A DNA stretch of 50,694 nt. Origin: Planctomycetota bacterium (GTDB taxonomy: Bacteria > Planctomycetota > Brocadiia > Brocadiales > Brocadiaceae). The notes beneath the pieces were generated by a model that had not been told where the DNA came from, made no database searches, and was given only the letters and a program-made list of their open reading frames with translations. Shown in pieces: positions 26,273 to 36,054 of this stretch. The DNA lies in NCBI GenBank assembly GCA_023261445.1, contig JAHFOX010000005.1, forward strand, positions 1 to 50,694, in the 5' to 3' direction. Position 1 is the first letter of the stretch. Every line of letters begins with the position of its first letter. The position numbers were made by a program, and so were the translations under genes.

Positions 26273-26282
26273 AGAATAAAAA

Positions 26283-26720
26283 ATGTTCACCGGTGAGTAC
26301 CATCACACGATTGATGACAAAAACAGACTGGCAATACCAGCTCCTCTGCGTGACTGCATTGATGTGGAAGCTGAAGGAAAGGGATTTTACTTAGCTCGTG
26401 GATTAGAGGATTGTTTGTTTATGTTCACACCAAAGGGAATGCAGGATGCTCTTTCAAAAATTGACCAACATCCTTTCACTAAAAAAGAGGCACGTGATTT
26501 TCAGCGCCGTTTTTTTTCTAAAGCACTGAAAATTCCGGATTGCGATCAGCAAGGCCGCATACTGATTCCTCAACATTTGAAAGACATTGCCAAGATTCAA
26601 AAGAATGTTGTGATTGTAGGGATAAGCAGTCGTATTGAAATCTGGGATGAAAAACGCTGGAAGGATTTTGAATCGAAAACCGAAAAGTCATACGAAGAGC
26701 TTGCAGAAAATTTGTTTTAA
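26283..26720 (+). CDS. mraZ: Transcriptional regulator MraZ
   Basis: Two SpoVT/AbrB-like halves, each with a DxxxR motif (IDDKNRLAIP, CDQQGRILIP). First gene of the dcw cluster. Confidence 0.93.
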   Translation: MFTGEYHHTIDDKNRLAIPAPLRDCIDVEAEGKGFYLARGLEDCLFMFTPKGMQDALSKIDQHPFTKKEARDFQRRFFSKALKIPDCDQQGRILIPQHLKDIAKIQKNVVIVGISSRIEIWDEKRWKDFESKTEKSYEELAENLF

Positions 26721-26784
26721 CTGGGTCATACGTCCGTTATAGAAACAGTAAATATATGTCCATTTTATAAATGAATAATTAATT

Positions 26785-27687
26785 GTGATGCATGACACAA
26801 CAAATGACCTTCTTCACAAACCTGTAATGGTCGAAGAAGTGTTAGATTACTTGAATCCTCAGACAGGTCAAGTCATTTTGGATTGCACTGTAGGAGGCGG
26901 TGGACATGCAAGTAAAATATTAGACAAAATCAAGCCCAACGGTTTATTAATTGGCATTGATAAGGACTTGGAAATACTACAATTAGCTAAGCAAAATTTA
27001 TCTAAAACAGGGCGTTCTTTCAGACTTTTTCATGCAGATTATTCTGATTTTAGTGAAGTGTTAAGTCAGGCTGAAATTAATATGGTAAATGGCATATTAC
27101 TTGATCTAGGATCATCCTCCATGCAATTTGACCAAGCAGACCGTGGGTTTAGCTTTGCAAAAGAGGGCCCTTTAGATATGAGAATGGATCGCTCACATGG
27201 TATTACCGCAAAAGATTTAATCCATAGACTCTCCGAGCAGAAACTAGAAGAATTATTCAGTAAATACGGAGAAGAACGGTGGTCAAGAAGGATTGCAAGG
27301 GCTATTTTAAAAGAAGAAAATGATACAGGCATTACTTCAACAAAACAGTTGGCAAACATAATTGAAAGAGTCGTTCCTAGAGGTAAAAGTAAAATCCACC
27401 CTGCAACAAGGGTATTCCAGGCGTTAAGAATTGCCGTTAACAAAGAGTTGGAAAGCTTAGAGGCCTTTTTGAATAAAATCCATAACTATATGACGTTAGG
27501 CGCTAGAATTGTAGTTATAAGTTTCCACTCGCTAGAGGACAGGATTGTAAAGAATAAATTCAGTGAACGAGCAAGACAAAACATATTCCAAATACTTACA
27601 AAAAAACCTATAACTCCTAGCGAACACGAAATAGAAAGAAACATCAGGAGTAGAAGCGCAAAACTTAGAGCTGCGGAAAGGGTTTAG
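26785..27687 (+). CDS. rsmH: 16S rRNA (cytosine1402-N4)-methyltransferase
   Basis: DCTVGGGGHA, DLGSSSMQFD, SFHSLEDRIVK. GTG 26785 or ATG 26788 start. Confidence 0.93.
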   Translation: MMHDTTNDLLHKPVMVEEVLDYLNPQTGQVILDCTVGGGGHASKILDKIKPNGLLIGIDKDLEILQLAKQNLSKTGRSFRLFHADYSDFSEVLSQAEINMVNGILLDLGSSSMQFDQADRGFSFAKEGPLDMRMDRSHGITAKDLIHRLSEQKLEELFSKYGEERWSRRIARAILKEENDTGITSTKQLANIIERVVPRGKSKIHPATRVFQALRIAVNKELESLEAFLNKIHNYMTLGARIVVISFHSLEDRIVKNKFSERARQNIFQILTKKPITPSEHEIERNIRSRSAKLRAAERV

Positions 27688-27718
27688 CATAAATCCATAA
27701 ACAATTAGGAGCACAAAG

Positions 27719-28243
27719 ATGCCGAGACTCTCGGAATTAATCAGACAGGGAAAAGTACCTGAAAAAGAAGCAAAGAGAATGACTGCGCAAGGAATTGAAG
27801 AGTTTACGTTTCAAAATAACTCCAAGACAAATGCATCTGGAAAGCGTGCTCATACAGCTTCTTTATTTAATATTGGAATATCTAGGATATTGTTAGTGTT
27901 TGCAATTATCATCATGATGGCATTGTTTGTAGTTTGGGAAAAAAACAAAACAATAGAGTTAGGATACCACGTGGCTAAGCTTCAAAGAAATTGTGATGAG
28001 TTATCAGAAAATAATAGAAAATTGAATTATTACGTTAACAGACTTAAATCGCCAGAAGTTATTGCCTTTAAAATACAGTCACTAAAGTTACCTCTTATTC
28101 AACAGGAAGAAACTTCATATATGACAGCAATGGGGCAATCACAATTTAAAGAAAATGTAACTAAACCAGTAAAAACAGGCATGAACAAAGACCTGTATAC
28201 TCAAAAAGAACCTATTTTGAATTGCTGTTCGTTACATAACTAA
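27719..28243 (+). CDS. ftsL: FtsL-like bitopic cell-division protein (extended termini)
   Basis: Single TM (ILLVFAIIIMMALFVVW) followed by a coiled-coil (ELGYHVAKLQRNCDELSENNRKLNYYVNRLKSPEVI). Canonical position between rsmH and ftsI. At 174 aa it is longer than typical FtsL. Confidence 0.6.
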   Translation: MPRLSELIRQGKVPEKEAKRMTAQGIEEFTFQNNSKTNASGKRAHTASLFNIGISRILLVFAIIIMMALFVVWEKNKTIELGYHVAKLQRNCDELSENNRKLNYYVNRLKSPEVIAFKIQSLKLPLIQQEETSYMTAMGQSQFKENVTKPVKTGMNKDLYTQKEPILNCCSLHN

Positions 28244-28290
28244 ACCTCAATTTAGATTTTTTACTCTAGAATATCTTTGCGTTACACAAA

Positions 28291-28350
28291 CGTTCAGCAA
28301 TCAGCTTTCTAAGATACGGGGTCTCCACATAGAAGGCTGATAGCTGAACG
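28291..28350 (+). repeat. Long hairpin 1 in the ftsL-ftsI spacer
   Basis: CGTTCAGCAATCAGCTTT (28291-28308) pairs with AAGGCTGATAGCTGAACG (28333-28350): 18-bp stem with 1 mismatch and 1 G-U, 24-nt loop. Confidence 0.65.
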
Positions 28351-28370
28351 CAGATAGTTAAGTCTTATCG

Positions 28371-28476
28371 TTGTCTAAATAGTAAGAGTAGTTTTTGTTG
28401 TGCCCTCCTCCCGGACGCTTTCGGGGTGAATGTTGTTTTTATCCCGAAAGCGTTCGTAAAATTTAAACTTAGACAA
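28371..28476 (+). repeat. Hairpin 2 plus enclosing stem in the ftsL-ftsI spacer
   Basis: ACGCTTTCGGG (28415-28425) pairs with CCCGAAAGCGT (28443-28453). This is enclosed by TTGTCTAA (28371-28378) pairing with TTAGACAA (28469-28476). Confidence 0.6.
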
Positions 28477-28514
28477 TCATTTTTAGTTTGCTGTAATTTT
28501 ACGGAATTGCCGAC

Positions 28515-30230
28515 ATGCTACCCTTAAAAAAGCATAGATTTTGGGCAAACATAATTGGTGTTTTTCTCATTATAGTCTTCATTATACTATCAGTCCATTT
28601 AGGACGTGTCCAGTTAATTGACCATGATAAATACACTAAACTAGCCAATATTCAGCAATCCCAAAAAATTGAATTGTCTGCCAGAAGGGGTTTAATCTTA
28701 GACCGAAACGGGAATAAGCTTGCCGAATCGTTACAAGTAGGCTCTATCTATGCAGACCCTTTCAAAATCGAAGACTTCAACACTGTCGCGCAACATTTAA
28801 GCACCATATTAAAACTCAACCCATCAAAACTAGCCAAATTACACAACAAAAACAAACGATTTGTTTGGATTAAACGAAAGGTCGGAGACGACGAACTCAA
28901 TGCTATTGCAAAATTGTCTTTAAAAGGTATCTATATCCAACACGAATATCACCGTTTTTATCCAAACAAAGAGTTAGCCAGTCATGTCTTGGGATTTACT
29001 AACATTGACGAAAAGGGACTCGAGGGCATTGAATTGTCATTTGACAAGATACTCTCAGGGACGCCCGGATTTAAGCTAATAAATCGGGATGCACTACAAC
29101 GTCAAATTGTCACAGCCGATGCAGAAATACAACTGCCCAAACATGGCGATAATGTTGTACTCACGATTGACTCTAACATCCAGCATTTTGCTGAAGAAGA
29201 ATTAGAAATCGCTTGCGAGAAATGGGAACCTTTATCAGCAACGGCAATCGTAATGGACCCGATGACATGCGAAGTGCTGGCAATGGCTAATTATCCTGCA
29301 TACGATCCGAATCACTTCAAGAAGTATCCACCTAACATTAGGAGAAATTTAGCTATTACAGATTGTTATGAACCAGGCTCATTAATAAAACCAATTGTAA
29401 TTTCAGGCATTTTTGAACAAGGTCTTGTAAAACCTACCGACGTACTTTTTTGCAATAACGGCACTTATGAAATAGAAGGCAGAGTCCTGCATGACACTCA
29501 CGGAGGGCATGGAAATCTTACCGTTTCAGAAATCGTCACTTATTCGAGCAACATAGGCATGGCAAAGCTAGGCATGCTTATGGGAAACGACAGGATGTAT
29601 CAACACCTTAAGCAATTTAATTTTGGAGAAAAAACTGGTATAGAATTGCATGGAGAGACAGGAGGCATCTTTCGACCACAAAGGCAATGGTGGAGAAAAT
29701 ACACATTAGTGTCCGTTTCAATAGGGCAAGAAATTGCCGTTACACCTTTACAATTTATTACGGCTTTCTGCAGCATTCCAAACGGAGGATTGTTACTTAA
29801 ACCAAGGATAGTGAAAACGATAACAAGCAACGACAACAAAACAAAAGAAGAACCTCAGTGTCCACTACAAGTCAGACGTGTAATGAGTACAAACGTTGCA
29901 CGTAATATATTGAATCCAATTTTAATGAAAGTTGTTACAGAGGGCACTGGGAAAAATGCAAACCTACTGGAATATGATGTTGCGGGCAAAACGGGAACTT
30001 CGCAAAAAGCTGAAGGGGGAAGATTTTCTCGCGACAAATATGTGGGCTCCTTTATAGCGTATGCGCCAGCAGAATCTCCTCGAATCTGTGTGTTGGTAAT
30101 GATTAATGAACCAAGAAATGGTGCATACTATGGCGGTACAGTGGCTGCACCAGTTGTGAGAGAGATTACCAGACGGTCGCTATTATACCTAGGTGAAAAA
30201 CCCATGAAATTCCAGATGGCAATGCAATAA
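28515..30230 (+). CDS. ftsI: Peptidoglycan D,D-transpeptidase FtsI (class B PBP)
   Basis: N-terminal TM. SxxK (YEPGSLIKP), SxN (YSSNIG), KTG (AGKTGTS). Confidence 0.9.
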   Translation: MLPLKKHRFWANIIGVFLIIVFIILSVHLGRVQLIDHDKYTKLANIQQSQKIELSARRGLILDRNGNKLAESLQVGSIYADPFKIEDFNTVAQHLSTILKLNPSKLAKLHNKNKRFVWIKRKVGDDELNAIAKLSLKGIYIQHEYHRFYPNKELASHVLGFTNIDEKGLEGIELSFDKILSGTPGFKLINRDALQRQIVTADAEIQLPKHGDNVVLTIDSNIQHFAEEELEIACEKWEPLSATAIVMDPMTCEVLAMANYPAYDPNHFKKYPPNIRRNLAITDCYEPGSLIKPIVISGIFEQGLVKPTDVLFCNNGTYEIEGRVLHDTHGGHGNLTVSEIVTYSSNIGMAKLGMLMGNDRMYQHLKQFNFGEKTGIELHGETGGIFRPQRQWWRKYTLVSVSIGQEIAVTPLQFITAFCSIPNGGLLLKPRIVKTITSNDNKTKEEPQCPLQVRRVMSTNVARNILNPILMKVVTEGTGKNANLLEYDVAGKTGTSQKAEGGRFSRDKYVGSFIAYAPAESPRICVLVMINEPRNGAYYGGTVAAPVVREITRRSLLYLGEKPMKFQMAMQ

Positions 30231-30253
30231 TATCGCTTTATTTTTAATATGCA

Positions 30254-30265
30254 TAAGGAGGTGAT
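30254..30265 (+). other. 12-nt perfect anti-Shine-Dalgarno complement without a canonical start codon at working distance
   Basis: TAAGGAGGTGAT equals the complement of the canonical bacterial 16S 3' tail (GAUCACCUCCUUA). The nearest in-frame possibilities are GTG inside the motif (11-codon ORF) or ATT 30272 (28-codon ORF ending in an ATGA overlap with orf92). Confidence 0.4.
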
Positions 30266-30354
30266 AGTCAAATTTATAGACTTGAAAATGTATTAAATTA
30301 TGTGACAAAATATTTCCGGTTTTGTTATTATATTACACTAATGGAGGAAAGAAA

Positions 30355-30633
30355 ATGACACCCAAAGAAATAGAAAAACAAAACTTTATTTTATGGTACG
30401 GATTGTATGCAACCGAAAAAGAGCTTGAGATGGCAAGGTCTAATAACAAAGAAACGTTAAATAGGCTTTTAAGGGAGTATGCGGAAGAAGTGGAGAAAAT
30501 AAACAAAACAAGGCACTTCTATGATAGTATTGTCCGATCAAAGGCTACGCAAACGCAAGGATTTGATGCAACGTTAAGAATAAACTATTCCCCGAACCAA
30601 ATAAAAAATAATGTTTTAGCGGAAGTACATTAA
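30355..30633 (+). CDS. Hypothetical 92-aa soluble protein inserted between ftsI and murE
   Basis: ATG 30355 preceded by GGAGGAAAGAAA. Protein begins MTPKEIEKQNFILWYGLYATEKELEMARSNNKETLNRLLREYAEEVEKINK..., predicted helical/coiled-coil. No TM and no recognised family. Confidence 0.5.
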   Translation: MTPKEIEKQNFILWYGLYATEKELEMARSNNKETLNRLLREYAEEVEKINKTRHFYDSIVRSKATQTQGFDATLRINYSPNQIKNNVLAEVH

Positions 30634-30639
30634 TCACGT

Positions 30640-32109
30640 ATGAAATTAAGTGAACTCTGTTCCAATCTGAAAGAACACAAATCTTTCAATTTTACGGAAA
30701 AAGAAATACACGGCATAACACACGACTCCCGTAAAGTAAAAGATGGTTATGTATTTGTTGCCATCAAAGGGCATAAATTGGACGGACACAATTTTGTTAC
30801 TGCCGCTATAGATAAAGGGGCATCGGCACTTATTGTGGAGAAGAAGATTGAGTCAACCTCACGTATATCTCAAATTGTTGTAACTAACACACGCCAGGCG
30901 CTGGCATCCATTAGCAATCGCTTTTATAATGAACCTTCTTCCAAAATGACCATAATTGGAATTACCGGCACAAACGGTAAAACAACTACATCATATTTTT
31001 CAAAATCAATTATTGAGGCTTCTGGTAATAAAGCAGGGTTAATCGGCACAATTCAATATCAAATAGGTAAAAGGGTAATACCAGCGCAAGAAACAACCCC
31101 GGAGTCCGTTGATGTACAGAGCTACCTCTCCGAAATGCTTAAATCTAACATAAGATATGCGGTAATTGAAGCATCTTCACATGCACTTTCACAACACAGA
31201 TTGGACGGCATTAATTTTACTTCCGCAATATTTACTAATTTATCCGCAGAACACCTTGATTATCACGAAAATATAAAAAACTATCGCTCCGAAAAAGCTA
31301 AACTGGTAAAAGGATTAAGCGCTGAAGCATTCGCAATACTAAATGCAGACCATAACACTAGCAAACATTTTGCTGAATGCACAAAATCAAAAGTAATCCG
31401 GTACGGAATAAAAAGAAAAGGCGCAGATGTAACTGCAGAAATTATTAATATGAATAGTAACGCAACAAGATTTTTACTAAATTCACCTTGGGGCAAAAAA
31501 ACTATTAACTTAAAATTAGTTGGCAAACACAATGTTTATAACGCACTGGCTGCCGCAACGAATGGATTGGCACTGGGTTTTAATATTGACATAGTCAAAA
31601 ATGGTATTGAAAATTTAATTGGAGTCCCTGGCCGTCTGGAAAAACTTGATTATGGGCAGGACTTCGACGTTTACATTGACTTTGCACATACACACCAGGC
31701 GTTACAAATTATTCTGAATACGCTTCGCGAAACAACAACGGGTCGTATTATTTTGGTCTTTGGATGCGGCGGTGACAGGGACAGAAAGAAAAGGCCTAAA
31801 ATGGGACATATTGCAGAAAAATATTCAGATATTTTCTGGATAACAAGCGATAATCCCCGTTCAGAGGATCCAAATAAAATTATACAAGAAATCCAAAAAG
31901 GGGTAAGCACGGAAGCCGACTTCCGAGTTCAACCTGATAGAAAAATCGCTATCGAAGAAGCTGTCTGGGAAGCAAAAAATGGTGATGTTGTAGTCATTGC
32001 GGGAAAGGGTCATGAACAATATCAGATATTAAAGAATACAACAATCTCTTTTGATGACCGTGAGATTGTTAAACAGACCTTACAAAATAACCTGGTTTCG
32101 CCTATTTAA
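30640..32109 (+). CDS. murE: UDP-N-acetylmuramoyl-L-alanyl-D-glutamate--2,6-diaminopimelate ligase
   Basis: GITGTNGKTTT P-loop. DNPRSEDP (the DNPR motif associated with meso-DAP specificity). Confidence 0.93.
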   Translation: MKLSELCSNLKEHKSFNFTEKEIHGITHDSRKVKDGYVFVAIKGHKLDGHNFVTAAIDKGASALIVEKKIESTSRISQIVVTNTRQALASISNRFYNEPSSKMTIIGITGTNGKTTTSYFSKSIIEASGNKAGLIGTIQYQIGKRVIPAQETTPESVDVQSYLSEMLKSNIRYAVIEASSHALSQHRLDGINFTSAIFTNLSAEHLDYHENIKNYRSEKAKLVKGLSAEAFAILNADHNTSKHFAECTKSKVIRYGIKRKGADVTAEIINMNSNATRFLLNSPWGKKTINLKLVGKHNVYNALAAATNGLALGFNIDIVKNGIENLIGVPGRLEKLDYGQDFDVYIDFAHTHQALQIILNTLRETTTGRIILVFGCGGDRDRKKRPKMGHIAEKYSDIFWITSDNPRSEDPNKIIQEIQKGVSTEADFRVQPDRKIAIEEAVWEAKNGDVVVIAGKGHEQYQILKNTTISFDDREIVKQTLQNNLVSPI

Positions 32110-32128
32110 ACATTCAAATAATAAGCAA

Positions 32129-33547
32129 ATGGAAACCTTAACACTCGAAGAAATTTTAAATGCCATACACGGCATCCTTGAATACAAACAGGGATTATCC
32201 ACTAAACATTTAAAAATAAATAGCATATCTACAGACAGTCGAAATATTCATAATGGCGATTTGTTTTTCGCGCTTAAAGGAGAGCATCTTGATGGACACC
32301 GGTTCGTAGCTGACGCTATGAATGGTGGGGCATTGGGAGCTGTTATTTCAAATGAAATCAAATTAGACCCTAATTATAAGAATTTTTTTACGATTCGTGT
32401 AAAAGACACCACAACTGCATTAGGAGATCTGGCAAGACACTATCGCCAGAAATTGAAAACAAAAATAATTGGTATTACCGGCAGTAATGGCAAAACAACT
32501 ACAAAAGAGATGACGTATCATTTATTGTCTAATTTCGGTCCTGTAGCAAAATCAAAAAAGAGTTTTAATAATTTTGTGGGAGTACCTTTAACAATATTTG
32601 AAATCGAAAACAGACACTTGTACGGCGTACTCGAGATGGGTACAAATGCACCGGGAGAAATCCGACGTTTATCTGAAATTGGTGCTCCTAATGTGGCGGT
32701 AATTGTCAATATTTCAAAAACACATTTAGAGGGTCTTGGGAGTATTGAAGGGGTTGCACGGGCAAAGGAAGAAATATTAGAAAACCTAAGAAATGGTGGA
32801 GTGTTTGTGTATAACGTTGATAACCCATGGTGTGTCAAGATTGCAAATAATTTCAGAGGAAAGGTTGTCGGTTTTGGTTTTAGCACTCAAGCAGATATAA
32901 TCGGCACAAACATAAAGAAAAAAACTGACGGTTATACTTTTGTAATCAATGAAAACTTAGAAATTTATGTTCCAACTCCCGGCTATCATAATATTAACAA
33001 CTGTTTGGCATCTTTTGCTATTTGCCATGCATTAGGCCATAATATCTATACTTTAAAGGATGCCCTTTCTTCTTTCAAACTACCTTCAATGAGAATCGAA
33101 CCGCAACGCATAGGTAATATTACAATCGTTAATGATGCATATAATGCAAACCCAGAATCTGTGCGTGCAGCACTGCAATATCTTAATGAAATTAACACTA
33201 CAGGCAGAAAAATATTTGTCTGTGGAGATATGTTAGAACTGGGGAATGAATCATATCAATTACATAGAGAAATCGGAGAAACGGTAGCTCAGCTCAATAT
33301 TGATATATTATGGACTGTGGGAAAATATGCATTAGAAATTGCAAAGGCTGCAAAATCCTCCGGTATGCCTGAAAATCAAATTTTCAGCTTTAAAGATGTT
33401 GGAGATATCTCGGACACCGAAATAAATGAACTCAAAGAGAATGATTTGGTGTTAATAAAAGGTTCACGCGGTATGCATATGGAAAAAACCGCTGACAAGT
33501 TGAAGGAATCCATTTTAAAGCGTGTACCGGTTCATAATTGTTTTTAA
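32129..33547 (+). CDS. murF: UDP-N-acetylmuramoyl-tripeptide--D-alanyl-D-alanine ligase
   Basis: GITGSNGKTTTKEM, DAYNANPES. Start moved to ATG 32129 (METLTLEEIL...), just after the murE stop. Confidence 0.92.
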   Translation: METLTLEEILNAIHGILEYKQGLSTKHLKINSISTDSRNIHNGDLFFALKGEHLDGHRFVADAMNGGALGAVISNEIKLDPNYKNFFTIRVKDTTTALGDLARHYRQKLKTKIIGITGSNGKTTTKEMTYHLLSNFGPVAKSKKSFNNFVGVPLTIFEIENRHLYGVLEMGTNAPGEIRRLSEIGAPNVAVIVNISKTHLEGLGSIEGVARAKEEILENLRNGGVFVYNVDNPWCVKIANNFRGKVVGFGFSTQADIIGTNIKKKTDGYTFVINENLEIYVPTPGYHNINNCLASFAICHALGHNIYTLKDALSSFKLPSMRIEPQRIGNITIVNDAYNANPESVRAALQYLNEINTTGRKIFVCGDMLELGNESYQLHREIGETVAQLNIDILWTVGKYALEIAKAAKSSGMPENQIFSFKDVGDISDTEINELKENDLVLIKGSRGMHMEKTADKLKESILKRVPVHNCF

Positions 33548-33599
33548 CAATTAAACGGAAAAAATCGCTGGTTATCAAATCAAAGAGGTTAAATAAACT

Positions 33600-34676
33600 T
33601 TGTTATATAGTTGGCTTTCTTCGATAGATTCGCTAGAAATTTTCAAATATATATCCTCTCGTTCTTGTTTGGCTGCTTTTACGGCATTTTTAATCAGTAT
33701 TTTCTTTGGTCACTGGTTTATTAAGAGGCTCCAAACCTTAAAGGTCGGTGAAGATACTTCAAAAACAGACTCAGAAGAACTCAAACGTTTGCATTATGAC
33801 AAAAAGAATACACCGACAATGGGAGGAATCATTGTAATTATCGCCATTCTAGTTTCCACTCTGTTCTGGTGCGATATTTATAACGGATATGTCCTTTTAT
33901 TATTGTTTACACTGGTCTGGTTTGGTGCACTAGGCTTTATTGATGACTATATAAAACTAACGCAGAAGAATGCGGCAGGTTTGAGTGACGTATCAAAATT
34001 GCTGTTTCAATCTGCGTTGGGACTCATACTTGGATTGATTTTATATTTCCATTTTAATAAGTTTACATGGGGTACACAACTTGTAATACCTTTTGTAAAA
34101 GGTTTTAACCCTGACTTGGGACCTTTTTACATATTAGTTGTAGCCTTTTTTATAGTTGGAATGTCAAACGCTGTAAATCTTACTGATGGTCTAGACGGAT
34201 TGGCAATAGGATGCAGCAGCATAGCAGGAATTGCCTTTGTTGCCATTGCTTATGTTTCTGGCAGGGTTGATTTCAGTAATTATCTACAAATTCCTTACGT
34301 TCCAGGAAGCGGCGAATTGAGTGTCTTTTGCGCTGCAGTTGTAGGTGGCAGCTTAGGATTCTTGTGGTTTAATTGCTTTCCCGCACAGGTTTTCATGGGT
34401 GATACCGGTTCATTGACATTGGGCGGAATATTGGGACTGACTTCAATCATCGTAAAACAAGAGGTTTTAATGATTATTATAGGCGGCATCTTTATCGCCG
34501 AGGCAGTTTCCGTCCTCATACAAAAAGCCTTTTATAAGATGACAAAGAAAAGATTCTTTCGTTGCGCACCTTTGCATCATCATTTTCAATTTAAAGGATG
34601 GCATGAAACTAAGATTACGCATCGATTTTGGATAATTGCAGCTATGCTGGCAATATTCAGCCTTGTATTACTATAA
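33600..34676 (+). CDS. mraY: Phospho-N-acetylmuramoyl-pentapeptide transferase
   Basis: NAVNLTDGLDGLA, MGDTGSLTLGG, APLHHHFQFKGW. TTG start. Confidence 0.93.
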   Translation: MLYSWLSSIDSLEIFKYISSRSCLAAFTAFLISIFFGHWFIKRLQTLKVGEDTSKTDSEELKRLHYDKKNTPTMGGIIVIIAILVSTLFWCDIYNGYVLLLLFTLVWFGALGFIDDYIKLTQKNAAGLSDVSKLLFQSALGLILGLILYFHFNKFTWGTQLVIPFVKGFNPDLGPFYILVVAFFIVGMSNAVNLTDGLDGLAIGCSSIAGIAFVAIAYVSGRVDFSNYLQIPYVPGSGELSVFCAAVVGGSLGFLWFNCFPAQVFMGDTGSLTLGGILGLTSIIVKQEVLMIIIGGIFIAEAVSVLIQKAFYKMTKKRFFRCAPLHHHFQFKGWHETKITHRFWIIAAMLAIFSLVLL

Positions 34677-34691
34677 GCGGGAGATTTATTC

Positions 34692-35894
34692 GTGAAAACA
34701 TGGCATTTTATTATATACATTGTGGCTGCTTTATTAGGATTTAGCATTATCACAGTATTTAGCACTGACACTACAATTTTTGGATCAAATGCAAATAGTT
34801 ACCAGTCTATTAAGCATCTTTTGTGGATTTTTATAAGTGTGTTACTGTTAATAATAATGGCGAAGGTGGATTACCATCATCTGCAAAAACTAGGCACCCC
34901 ACTTCTGGTCATGTCCTTTATCCTGCTTTTGCTTGTGTTAATGCCAGGGATAGGCACCGTTACAAATGGTGCGCGCAGGTGGATTAGATTCAGTAGTTTT
35001 TTAGGTATTCAACCCTCTGAATTTGCAAAATTAGTAATTATAATATTCATTTCAAGTTATATTGCAAAAAACCATAGTTGTATGACTGAATTTATAAAAG
35101 GTTTCACAATACCTCTCGGTATTACTGCATTAACAAGTGGTCTTATAATCATGGAACCAGACTTTGGCACTTCAGTATTTATTGCAATCTTATCCTTGAT
35201 TATGCTCATTGCCTGCGGAACAAGAATTATTTATATCTTTTTTACTGCTATAGCTTCAGTACCATTTATATATAAAATGCTGTTTGAGGTCTCATTCAGA
35301 TTAGACAGATTGAAAGCTTTCTTAGATCCGTGGAAAGATCCACTTGGAGCAGGGTATCACGTAATTCAGTCGTGGATTGCACTTGGTTCGGGCGGCTTAA
35401 CAGGACTGGGGATTGGCGGTAGTAGACAAAAACTACTCTTTTTACCCGAAAGCAGCAGTGATTTCATATTCACAATTATCGGTGAGGAGTTTGGTTTTAT
35501 CGGTGTAATGATTATTATAAGCCTCTTCGTACTGTTAATATGGCAGGGGTTGAAAATTGTACATGCGACTAAAGATGTGTTTGGATTTTTTTTGGGACTT
35601 GGGATTACTGTAATGTTTGGATTACAGGCAATTATCAATATTGCTGTTGTCTCTGGAAGTGCACCAACAAAAGGAATTCCTTTGCCTTTTATAAGTTCCG
35701 GAGGATCATCTTTGCTGTTTTCTATGATTGGAGTTGGCATTCTGATAAATATTGCAAGGCAATCGTTGTCGCCAGATACTCTGAATCAACCCGTTGTTAA
35801 CGCCAAAACATCAGAAAATTCTATGGATAAAATACTGCCTGTAAGAATTTGGCGTAATATAACGTCTAAGATAGCAGGCTTTCCATGGCAATAG
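34692..35894 (+). CDS. ftsW: SEDS-family peptidoglycan glycosyltransferase FtsW
   Basis: PSEFAKL, LPESSSDFIFTIIGEEFGFIG, PTKGIPLPFISSGGSS. About 10 TM helices. Follows mraY directly, in the position where murD normally sits. Confidence 0.9.
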   Translation: MKTWHFIIYIVAALLGFSIITVFSTDTTIFGSNANSYQSIKHLLWIFISVLLLIIMAKVDYHHLQKLGTPLLVMSFILLLLVLMPGIGTVTNGARRWIRFSSFLGIQPSEFAKLVIIIFISSYIAKNHSCMTEFIKGFTIPLGITALTSGLIIMEPDFGTSVFIAILSLIMLIACGTRIIYIFFTAIASVPFIYKMLFEVSFRLDRLKAFLDPWKDPLGAGYHVIQSWIALGSGGLTGLGIGGSRQKLLFLPESSSDFIFTIIGEEFGFIGVMIIISLFVLLIWQGLKIVHATKDVFGFFLGLGITVMFGLQAIINIAVVSGSAPTKGIPLPFISSGGSSLLFSMIGVGILINIARQSLSPDTLNQPVVNAKTSENSMDKILPVRIWRNITSKIAGFPWQ

Positions 35895-36054
35895 TTTCTG
35901 GCAGATAAGATTATTTTTAGCAATTTCTGACAAATATTTTAATTAAAATTATCCCTCCACTGTTTAAATTGTACGGAGTATAAGTAATGGTTATGAAACA
36001 AAGAAAATATAGAAATCTGATTGTTTTGATTTATCTCTGTTGGAGGTATAAAAA

